Below are positions 51,141-64,000 of a stretch of 64,000 nucleotides of DNA, one piece after another. The stretch is taken from assembly GCF_036971445.1 (NCBI RefSeq), contig NC_091477.1, positions 119,970,001 through 120,034,000 of the forward strand, in the 5' to 3' direction. A program made the position numbers and the translations under genes. The notes beneath the pieces were generated by a model. The model saw only the letters and a list, made by a program, of their open reading frames with translations. It was not told the origin of the DNA and ran no database searches. How positions within the stretch are numbered: position 1 is the first letter of the stretch; each line of letters opens with the position of its first letter. Source of the stretch: Narcine bancroftii (Eukaryota).

Positions 51141-53164
51141 CTTTAGAAGAAGGAAAATGAACCACAAGGAAAGACTGAATAGAATGGCCACTTCACACCT
51201 GGAAGCACAATCTTCTGCTGATGTGGTGCACTCTTGTTTTCCATTTCAAAACAAATGGAATGACATCAGATGTCCCCAAACTCCTTTTTAGAGTCTCCTG
51301 TGCTTTCTGCAGTGTGGCATTTCAGTACAAAACACAAAAATTTAAACTACTGCAGATATTCTCCAATAGTTTTAATCATTTATATTTCAGACCTACTGTG
51401 CATGCAGTTTTGTCTGAAGTTGTTTTGGTTTCAGGTTTTTTTTTCGTTAATCATGGCTTAAATATGGAACCTTACAAAGATAAGCAATGTACAAAAATGT
51501 AAACTATTGGTTACATGCAAAGCTTCAATTATCACAATTTTGGTTCAGTACACTGCTCGTACAAGATTCAGGAAAATAAATACAACAGACATTTTACATT
51601 ACATTAGCTGGGTACTGTACATATGTAAATATTTTAAGTTTACCACTGAATTTATATTGATAAAACAATAGTAAATCTTTATTGGTTTTATGAGGTAAAT
51701 ACTAGGAAAATGTCCATAGAATGATGCAGTTGCAGGCAAACACAAGACTACTTACTTCTTCAGTTGGATGCCTCCAAGTTAAGGTGGCATTGACAGACAC
51801 AATCAAGTGCATCTTTATAATGGCACACAGCATCCACCACATATTAACAAGTATTGCCACTGAGTTCAACTCACCATGAACAAAATATCCCTTTTCTTCC
51901 ACCTCCCAGGTAGATGTAGTCAAAATATACACATATACAATCTAATTTAAAGAAGGACCTGATATAAACAAGGCTTTATCCAACTCTGTTCCCTGACTTT
52001 GTACGAATTCAACCATTTCCTTTTATATACATGTAACTATATGCAATATTTTGAAATATTGTAAAATAACTTTACTATACACAATGTTACATCGCATTTG
52101 TAGAAATGTGTCAATCTCAAAAATGAATTACAAAATATAACCACTGGAATTGAAATATAGAATTATTTCTTTATTTCATGGTGGTGTATCTTTTGAATTT
52201 TCTTGATCCTGATTTTACTTTTTATGCTATATCAACACTACTTTCTGAACTGGGGAAGTAGAAATACCCAGTTATGCAGTGAGTTATTGGAAGCATTTTA
52301 TCACATTGTATATTGGTCGATCTGTCACATGCAATGTGCATCGAATATTCTTAGCTGTGTGGCTCACGTCTAGTGGTTCTCGGATAATTTACTCGGGAGC
52401 TGGGATGCATTACCTGGCCACAAAGAACAAGTCTGGCAATATTTCAATCACTACAGCTGAGTATGATACCCCTTATCCGAAATGCCTTGGACCAGAATTG
52501 TTTCGGATTTTTTTTCTGGATTTTGGAATAATGTGCTTAGGGAAACTAAGCAGCACAGTTGCATCAGCAAAAAACCTGTATCAGCTGTTAAACAGCAACA
52601 ACAAACAACTGCAGGCTTTTTGAGCACCAACATGATGCCACAAGTGGAAAATTTGCATGAAAATAATGTTTTGTACTTACCAAAATATATGCAGCACCAA
52701 ACACTAGAAATTCTGCTGGATGTCTTTTTTTAAATAGTTTCTCCAGAGACATTTGCCTCATTAACACTGGTTTTTGTCTGAGAAGTCTCTTTGATTTCAT
52801 AAGCCGACATGATTTCTTGTTCTGTTATGAATGCATATTGCTCTAGTCCTTCAATAAGTCCATCACACACTTACACCATATCGTCTACAGGCACTTTTTC
52901 TGCAGTGTTAACAAAGTCACGATCACCTTGATTCAGAACCATTTGGCTATTTCACCATCAGTCAGTGAACAACGTTATCGATGCTAAAAATTTCTTCGAT
53001 ATCCACTTCTTCTTCCTGGAGGATGATCAGAACAGATGTCGAGCGTCCAGCTTCCCTGCAGTGAGCACGAGCCACTGGTCCAAAATGTTTGTGAAACCAA
53101 TCAGATGTCCCTGGTGATCCATGCCTTTTTGTTTGCATAATAATGGACTGTTAAGAAATTGACT

Positions 53165-53334
53165 NNNNNNNNNNNNNNNNNNNNNNNNNNNNNNNNNNNN
53201 NNNNNNNNNNNNNNNNNNNNNNNNNNNNNNNNNNNNNNNNNNNNNNNNNNNNNNNNNNNNNNNNNNNNNNNNNNNNNNNNNNNNNNNNNNNNNNNNNNNN
53301 NNNNNNNNNNNNNNNNNNNNNNNNNNNNNNNNNN
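53165..53334. other. N-run, 170 nt
   Basis: Directly visible; lies inside the transposase coding region. Confidence 0.99.
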
Positions 53335-53756
53335 AATCAGCGATGTTTCAACAACAATGATCTTGGCAAACTCGTCACTGAATTTCTCCACTGCTTTGTG
53401 ATCAGCAGATGCTTCATCACCACAAATCCTTAAAAATGTAATGCCGTGTCTTTTCTTAAATTCATTCAACCAGTCTGTTGAATATTCACAGCTCCCTTTA
53501 ATTTTCAGTTCATCATGATAGAGCTTTGCTTGTTTCCTGATCAGAATACTATTAAGTGGCATGTGTTCGCTGCGTCACTGATGGATCCAGTCCTTCAATA
53601 CACGATCGAGATCTTCACTTTTAGCTTTATGCAGCGCTTTTCTATTTTTCATCAACTTCTGTTCATCACTTTCAACAGAGAATTTCAACAGTTTAACCCT
53701 CTATTTCTTCAGGTCATTGATGGTGGTCGTTCCAACATCATATTCCTCTTTAAGAT

Positions 53757-53896
53757 NNNNNNNNNNNNNNNNNNNNNNNNNNNNNNNNNNNNNNNNNNNN
53801 NNNNNNNNNNNNNNNNNNNNNNNNNNNNNNNNNNNNNNNNNNNNNNNNNNNNNNNNNNNNNNNNNNNNNNNNNNNNNNNNNNNNNNNNNNNNNNNN
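53757..53896. other. N-run, 140 nt
   Basis: Directly visible; covers the transposase N-terminus. Confidence 0.99.
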
Positions 53897-54859
53897 AGGT
53901 CTGGTGGGTGACAAACTGGCAGCATCAGAGCCCTACATGGGCAAATGAGGTCAGATGTGGAATTACAGCATCATGTCGATGCTCAAAACGTTTTGGATTT
54001 TCAGATAAGGGATATCAGACCTGTATCAATACACTTTAATGAAAATACTCATTATTACTTCATAAAAACCACTGAACCACAATTCAGTCGTTGGTTGTCA
54101 CGTTTCAGATAAATCCAGGCACTCTTACTAGTTTTTTTTTAAACGTGAAAATGACATAAAATGTGCACTAGTTTTCTAAAATAAGCAAGACTTTAACACA
54201 TTGCCTCCATTGGTATCGAAAACCCCGTGGGCATGCAAAGGTAAATAAGATACTGCAGTTCTATTTTGGGCGTGGAGAAGACATTTTCTGTGGTGGGACC
54301 AGAGGACACAGCCTCAGAATAAAAGGGTGCCCCTTCAGAACAGAGATGAGGAGAAATTTCTTCAATCATAGGGTAATGAATCAGTGAAATTTGTTGCAAC
54401 AGACAGTTGTGGAAGGCATTGGGTAGATTAAAGAGGAGGTGGATAAGTTCTTGATTAGTAAGGGTGGAAAAGGTTAAGGGGAGAAGGTGGGAGAATGGGT
54501 TGAAAGGGAAAATGCATCAGCCAGATTTGAATGGTTGAGCACCACTAATAACACGTACACAAAATGTTACAAATAAAAATATAAATCCTAACAATTATAT
54601 ACTAAACCAGAAGGGAAACAAATGCGGAGAGAGAAAAACAAGGTCAACACCACTGCTTTCTCCACAGATGTTGATCTGCTGAGAGATTCTATTATTTCAT
54701 TTTTGTTTCAGATTTACAGCATCTGCAATTCTTGCTTTTTATCATAAACTAAAATTTTCACAACAGAATTTAAAACTATAGATGTTGTGAGATCTAAATC
54801 AGGAAAATATATTGTGCACATCTACAACTAAATCTGAGAAATTAAATCTTCCTCTAAAG

Positions 54860-57221
<2,362 letters not shown>

Positions 57222-57556
57222 CTCTAAAGTGTCGGCTATATTATCCTACAAGAGTACTTTATCAGTTCCAATATAGCAGCAAAACACATTATCTTACATA
57301 AATAAAACTACGATGGAAAATGCAACACACGAGCAGAAGAAAGGAATATAGTCCAAAAGAATAAAGAATCATAGGGTTAGCTGAAATATTAATACCACAT
57401 GCAAGGATTCAGCAGGGCAATCTAAGGATGCCGGTGCATTAAGAACATTCACAGAAGAATGTTGAGAAATTACCATTCACATTTCTAAACAAGCACAACA
57501 AAAGTAAAGGAGGATGCAGCGTTAGAGCCAAATATTCATTGTAAGATTGGTATATA

Positions 57557-58050
57557 GTATATGTTACTTCTTTCATCAATAGATCTATGTTCTTATATGT
57601 TACTTCTTTCATCAATAGATCTATGTTCTTATATGTTACTTCTTTCATCAATAGATCTATGTTATTATATGTTACTTCTTTCATCAATAGATCTATGTTC
57701 TTATATGTTACTTCTATCATCAATAGACCTATGTTCTTATATGTTACTTCTATCATCAATAGATCTATGTTCTTATATGTTACTTCTATCAATAGATCTA
57801 TGTTCTTATATGTTACTTCTATCATCAATAGATCTATGTTCTTATATGTTACTTCTATCATCAATAGATCTATGTTCTTATATGTTACTTCTTTCATCAA
57901 TAGATCTATGTTCTTAAATGTTACTTCTTTCATCAATAGATCTATGTTATTATATGTTACTTCTTTCATCAATAGATCTATGTTATTATATGTTACTTTC
58001 ATCAATAGATCTATGTTATTATATGTTACTTCTTTCATCAATAGATCTGT
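57557..58050. repeat. 36-bp minisatellite, 14 copies
   Basis: Unit tatgttacttctttcatcaatagatctatgttctta; two copies are 33 bp; contains palindrome ATAGATCTAT. Confidence 0.97.
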
Positions 58051-60607
58051 TATTAAACAAGAAAGTTTTCAGTTGCTGGGTCAAATGCAGTAGACAAATC
58101 ACAAGAAGTAAAGAGTAACAATGTATCAGGCCTGACGAAGAGATCAGGCCCAAAACATCAACATAGAACTTTACTTCCAGTGAACGCTGGAATGAATAGC
58201 ATTCCTCCAGCATTTCGGTGTTTTGAACAAAACGTTGGTTAGCCTTTACTTCCCGTGGATGCTGCGAGGCCTGCTGAGTTTCTCCAGCACATTTGTGTGT
58301 GGTAGGTCTATGCTATTCCGAAGTTTAATGTTAAGTTTAGTGATATTGGGCCATGGGCATCAAAATTAATTGTTAAAAAGGCAAATCAAAAAGTGTTTGG
58401 ATTATTTTTCTCAAAAACACGATTTAAAAGTGTTTGGAAAATTCTGTCAGGTCAGCAGCACCAACAAAAATATATATGAGCAAGATTTAGAATCTAACTG
58501 AATGTGATAAATGGCATTTTAAACTGCTGCGCATCACTGATCTTTACTTTTCCACCGTTTTTCTCAGCGGAAAATAAATCTTCAATCATGAAATGACCAC
58601 ATTGTGGAAAAAAAAACATTTTTAAGTGTGTCCAAGTTGTAAGATATAACCATGCCCAAAATAAACAGTTATAATTTTAGTAAAGCCTACAACTTGACAA
58701 ATACTGGTTAATGATCAGAAACAAGAATGAAACCACTACAGGGCATGGACTCACTTGTCTGATTTTTTTTCCTGATTCTATTTTTATGCTCATGTATTGA
58801 TGAAGGGCTCAGGCCTGAAACATCAGTAATATATCTTTACCTCCTATGGACACTAAGAGACAGGCTGAGCTCCTCCAGTATCTCTGCATTTTTACCTCAT
58901 TCTGATCTCCCTGCTGTCAAGTAGTGCTCTGGGTAACAATTCAATTAGCTCCACAGAGTAAAACAAGATTAAAAACATCAAAATGTTTGTATTTGTCCTT
59001 TTAAACAATCCTCCAATAACAGCTATATCTTCAATCGCTGTACATTCCTGCCCTAGTTACAAAATGTTAGAAGTTTTCACAAGAGCATGGTGAATACTGT
59101 AGTTCCGGACAACTTCTCCCACAGAGTAAATGTAAAAGCACTGTGAATAATCTAACTCCAGTGTTGATTTTTAACATGTGATGTTCCTATTGTTAAGGGC
59201 GCAAGTTCACGATAAAGTATCCCCTTTTTCCATGTGTGTGTATTAAATATACTGAAGCATACAAAGCTGTATCTGCAGTGAAAAGCCAGTGCACCAGAAG
59301 ATTCAAGAGCTGGTTTCACATCATATTTCATAATTTTTGTTTCCAAAAATCTATTCATTCCTTTTTTCATTTTCATTTATTATTTTAGGGAAGCAATCAA
59401 ACTTTTGTCATCAGTCACTGTAAAATCAATTAAAATGCTTTGTTACAGACAACTCCATCCCTCTCCTTACATAGGCCAAGTCAACACTGTTTCAGTGTGA
59501 AACTGTTGCTTTGCTGGCCAAAATCTCCCGGCACACTGAAAGGCAACCTGCAAGCCACTCAGGGATCCACCCCTCATTCATGCCCAATGGCTTTCAATTG
59601 CAAGGGACGTGTCTGGGTGTTGAGAGCACACAACTAAGCTCAAGTAAAGAGTCACATGGCAATGGCTCCCATCCAAGCACCCGAGTAAGTCGGATAGGAA
59701 ACAATGCCTTGAGAGAACTGCCTCAGGAACACGCAAAGTCCATTCAAGAAGATGGGAAATAAATACAGAAAAAAAGCTATCAGATAAAAGGTTGGATTTC
59801 ATATTAAATGATCATCTACAGTAATTTTTAGAAGAAATGATGCAAAACCATAACCATACTTTCTATGGCTTGTATATTTTACACTTTCTGAGAATATATT
59901 ATGGAATGCAATAGAGATCACATCCGTCTTTTGAATAAAAGTGAAATCTGAGGCTTCATCAATAGTTTAGGATGGAATATGCACCCTTCAGGACATTCCA
60001 AAGTTAAATCCCTTGGCCTGCCACTGGAACCATCAGAGCAGAGGAACTTGGAGACAGGAGCATTAAGAAAGAACACATGCAAATCTCGAGAATAAACGAA
60101 GTTGTCCGAACAACTGAACTGCAACAAGTTACAAAAACAGGATTCCTACATGTTGTGGAATTATGAAGTAAACAGGATTCTGTGACAAACAAAGCACTGG
60201 GACTGATGCAATTGGTGATTTTAACAAAAGCCATTTATAAAGGCAATGGGTAAGAGAGCAGAAAACAGATTCTTACAATTGACTGACTCAACATGCATAT
60301 AAATTTTCAAGTTATCAAATAACATCTCCCATGCTTAGCCACTTTATTATGTAGATATTTAACATGTGCATTTTAGATATATATCTATATATATGTATAT
60401 ATACAAAATTCGATTAAACTTCGGTTTCTCGAGTTTTGCTCTAAACTAAATTACAACCATCCAGTCCCGCCGAAACAACTGCCGTTCAGTTGTACCGATT
60501 TCTTTCCAGAGTTGACGTAAAACTTGCATCACCAGTCTCTTGAAAGCAATTCTAAAAAAAAAATGACTTCACGTCAAATCGCTGGTGCCTCAGAGATTTT
60601 GTTTTCA

Positions 60608-60790
60608 TTAGTCTGCTAAAGAGTTCACCTCAGTGCCAGCTTTATTTCTGGAGTTTTCTAAGATCTGAAGCTTCAGTTCTTTTACCATGGCTTCCAGTTT
60701 TTCTCGAGCTTCACGCTCACATCTCAGTTCTTCCTGAAGTTCACGGCGATCTGCCTCTGCTCTGTCCAGCCTTTGTCTCAACTCAGCTAA
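60608..60790 (-). CDS. SKIL: SKIL last coding exon
   Basis: Acceptor atatag|TTAGCT; 60 codons plus TAA; too short and start-less to appear in the ORF track. Confidence 0.9.
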   Translation of the reverse strand, partial: LAELRQRLDRAEADRRELQEELRCEREAREKLEAMVKELKLQILENSRNKAGTEVNSLAD

Positions 60791-63441
60791 CTATATAGCA
60801 CAGTGAAGGAAGGAGAGGAACCAGGTTGGTGGGAAAAAGAAGAAAAAGTAAGACAGTTAATCTGGAATCCCATTCACGTCGATCGACCTCAGAAACATTT
60901 CTGTAGTGACTCGCCAAGGCTATTCCAACCAGCTCACTCACAGTCTCTACAACCTCAAACAGCACAGCATAACAAAGTCTGCATCAATCATTCAAATGAC
61001 TTCCAAGAACTGTACATAACCATGTTTCTTTTAAAAGGAAATGCATGAATTTAATGATGTTCTGCTCCTACTTTATAGTAAGGATTCAAGGTTTTTCTCA
61101 TTTCTCTTTGATGTGGATGCAAAATTGGTTGGCTGACAGGAAGCAAAGAGTGATAATTATGGGTCATTTTCAGATTGCCAGGCAGTTGCTAGTGGGATAC
61201 CGCAATATTTAGTGGGGTATTCAGTTCACAATATTCAGTTATTTACAATATGTATTAACTATTTGGACAAAGGAATTGAATTTAATATGACGAGGGCAGC
61301 ACGGTTAACAAACGCTTTTATAGCACCAGTGATCGGGACTTGGGTTCAAATCCCACACTGTCTGAAAGGAGTTTGTAAGTTCTCCCAGTGACTGCATGGA
61401 TTTTCCCCAGTTTCATCTCACCCTTCAACACATACTGAGGGTTGTGTGTAATTGCGTAGCACAATTTTTTGGGCCGAAATTGGCTGTTACTATTGCTGAA
61501 TATCTAAATTTAACATTTAAATGATGGGTGGTAGTGTGGGCTGTGGGGAAGCTGCAGGGTGACTGGCACAGATTAGGAGTGAGCCAATAGATAGGAGGTG
61601 CAGTGTAATGTATAAAAATGTGAGATTATTCACTTTGGCAGGCAGATTTTTAACTGAATGGTAACAAATTGAAAAGGGAAGGTGCAACAAGATGTGGGGT
61701 GGGGGGGGTGTCACTGAAGGTTGGAATTCAGGTACAGCAAAGTGATGAAGAAGGGAAACAGCATATTGGCCTTAATGGTGAGAGATTCTGAATATAGAAA
61801 AAGGGGGTCTCACTGTACAGGTCTTGGTGAACCCACACATTAAGTATTGTGTGCAGTTTTGGTCTCCAAATCTAAGGAAAGACATTCTGGCTAATGAGGG
61901 AGTGCAGTGAAGGTTTATCAAACTGATTCCTGAGATGGCAGGACTGATGCATGAAGAAAGACTGGATGAACTAGAGTTATACTCACTGGAATTCGGAATA
62001 ACAAGAGGGGATCTCAGAGACTAACAAAACTCCGACAAGACCAGACTGGTTAGATCCTGGAAGAATGTTCCCGACGTTGGGAAGTCTAGAACACAAGTTC
62101 ACAGTCCAGGGATAAGGGGTAAACCATTTTGAACTGAGCTGAAGAGAAACCTCTTCTCTCAGAGAGTTGTGAACTTGTCAACTCCCGACTGTAGAAAGTT
62201 GAGGTCAGTTAGTTGGACATACTCGAAAGGGAAGTGGATGTAGCTGTTATGGCTACTGTGTAAAGCCTCGGAAGAGAGAGCTGAAATAGTGGTCTGAAGT
62301 TGCATGATCAGCCATGACTGCATTGGGTGGCGATGCAGTCTCAAAGGACTGGTTGGGTCTACTCCTACACCTAATTTGTATGATTCCATGTAAATGCCAA
62401 TAATTGCCTTGGCCCTATCAACTTTTAGGTGATGTTTTCTAAATCCATCAAGTTTACAAAGAAGAGTTGGACACAACAGGTATGTACAAGACTACTACTG
62501 TTTCACATGCTCAAATTCAAATATCTCAAGAGTCCAAGAAAATGTGCAGATCCAAAGGATCTTTGGTAACTGATAGAGCTCACTTTCATTAAAAATCAGT
62601 CAGGTGTTTTTCCCAAGACTCTTCTATGGATAAATCAAGCGAGTCAAATACCCAAATCCTGGCAGGGTATCCTATACAATTTGGGGCAGAGAATTAGAAT
62701 GTGCAGCAGGAAAACACAAATTCTTCAAGTTCCAGTACCATGATTTGGAAATTCAAAAACCATTCTTCTGTGCTCAGAATAGTGGGCAACCAAATGATGA
62801 CATGAAACCATCTTACTGCAGCGACTGAATGGAGGAACCCTCCTTGCTGATCTTTTCTCTCCCTGGTTAATGTAAGTTTTTAAATTTAGATATACAGTAC
62901 AAGAACCTTCCGGCCCATCAGCCCATGGCACCCAAAAACACCAATGATTAATTAACCTACTACCCTCTGTACGTCTTTGGAATTTACTGCATGTTTTAAT
63001 CTAAAGTCGAAGTTACATTTTTGGGCAGCGTGGTTAGCCAGTGATTCGGGTTATAATCCAGCACTGTCTGTCGGGAGCATGTTTCCTCCCACATTCCAAA
63101 GACGTACGGGGTTAGCAGGTCAACCTGTACCTTAAATTAATTTTAATAAATTTAGGATTAACAGGGCCCATTTTCTTTGTTTCTGCTGAGGGCAACACCT
63201 TTGACAAATCTACCTGTGCAGTGTACTCAGCCTCTTGGCTCTTTTCTGCTGTACGATCACACAAACAGCCTTGCTTCAGCTGCTCCAGTCGCCATTCTAA
63301 GTCTGCCTGTTCATCGTGAGCTGCACTCATCCGCTGCGCGTGGTCAGATTGCAGAGAATCCAGCTCCTGTTGCAGCCCCAGGTTCTCCACACTCAATTCT
63401 TTGAGTTTCATCCTCTTTGTGACTTGCAATAATTCCACTTC
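60608..63441 (-). CDS. SKIL: SKI-like proto-oncogene (SnoN), last two coding exons: complement(join(60608..60790,63214..63441))
   Basis: [27 protein letters not shown]|[44 protein letters not shown] matches the recalled SnoN C-terminal coiled coil ([47 protein letters not shown]); GT-AG junctions. Confidence 0.92.
61110..62385 (+). mobile_element. CR1 fragment with nested SINE in the last SKIL intron
   Basis: gtattgtgtgcagttttggtctcc..ggagtgcag..ggtttatc..gattcctg CR1 RT motifs; SINE at 61294-61515. Confidence 0.7.
63214..63441 (-). CDS. SKIL: SKIL penultimate coding exon
   Basis: Acceptor gcccag|GAAGTG, donor GCACAG|gtagat; 228 nt. Confidence 0.88.
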
Positions 63442-64000
63442 CTGGGCAGAAAAGAAAGCTGGTCTTAAATCGTGCTACAAAGGGCTTCAAGGGCAGGCTG
63501 CGTTTTCTTCTGCCTGCTCCCGTTTTCTTTATTCACTCACAGGATATGTCTGTGTCTGATTATGCCAACATGAGTAAACCCACTCAGTTTTTAATACCCA
63601 ATAGTCTCATGACTATTGCCACTAGATTAAAACAAAACAAATTTAGTTATTTGAAGCTAAATTCCCCCCAGTTGTACAGAGGGATCCGAACATTAAATAT
63701 TTATCTGTTTCAATGGTCCACATCTTTTGATACCAAGTTTAGAAAATTAGCCACGATGCTACCTCCTACGTACGTGCAGGCATGCACACGAGCACATATA
63801 TGTGCGTACCTCTATAACTATACGTCTACATACCTGCACAGTTGCACTTAGTGCTGCACACTAACCAGGAGGAACAGAAGTTTGAGGAGCATCAAACTCA
63901 TCATTTAATGAGATCGTGAATGGTTACATTTCCTATTCAAATAGGCACCGATTGGCATTGATCGCAAAAATAACCATAGAAGCTAGTTTTGACATTAAAA

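Larger units (their letters stand above)
52454..54023 (-). mobile_element. Tigger4/Zombi-like pogo DNA transposon, internally deleted, with transposase remnants
   Basis: TA TSDs (52452-52453, 54024-54025); TIR core CCCTTATC(C/T)GAAA; CENP-B HTH remnant (STDWLNEFKKRHGI..GDEASAD) and DDE-region motif YYANKKAWITRD. Confidence 0.88.

Noticed and set aside
57557-58050. 36-bp repeat with palindromic core as a CRISPR array or repeat protein
   Set aside because: Units are head-to-tail with no unique spacers, there are no cas genes, the context is vertebrate, and the ORFs follow from a stop-free 3n unit
63112-63213. ORF extension [14 protein letters not shown]... after the SKIL exon
   Set aside because: Read-through past the gtagat donor into intron and SINE sequence; SnoN homology continues at 60790

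Overview
Eukaryotic, intron-containing vertebrate DNA, not prokaryotic. The repeat mix (abundant CR1, Rex/L2, RTE, Penelope, V-SINEs) suggests a cartilaginous fish, probably a ray; this is inferred. The window holds three class C GPCR genes of the fish-type vomeronasal type-2 receptor family (V2R/OlfC, CaSR-like), all with canonical exon sizes and GT-AG junctions. Gene A (+) shows exons 3-6 only (743-4843). Gene B (+) is complete (12332-21071, 852 aa). Gene C (-) is complete (38409/38415-25434, about 868-870 aa) and converges on B. The last two coding exons of SKIL (SnoN) lie at the right end on the - strand, so the V2R cluster sits directly 3' of SKIL. The rest is mostly transposon-derived: CR1, RTE, L1, Rex/Babar and Penelope retroelement fragments, SINEs, a solo LTR, a Tigger4-like element containing two N-runs, a ZBED8/Buster-like hAT element with intact TIRs and TSD, a composite hAT MITE and two minisatellites. 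The most interesting observation is an L1-associated ~130-bp duplication in gene C. It created a second exon-5 acceptor followed by a frame-restored 41-codon ORF, a hydrophobic tail, a stop and an AATAAA, i.e. a candidate ectodomain-only V2R isoform. All family assignments come from motif recognition and recalled consensus sequences; no database search was run.
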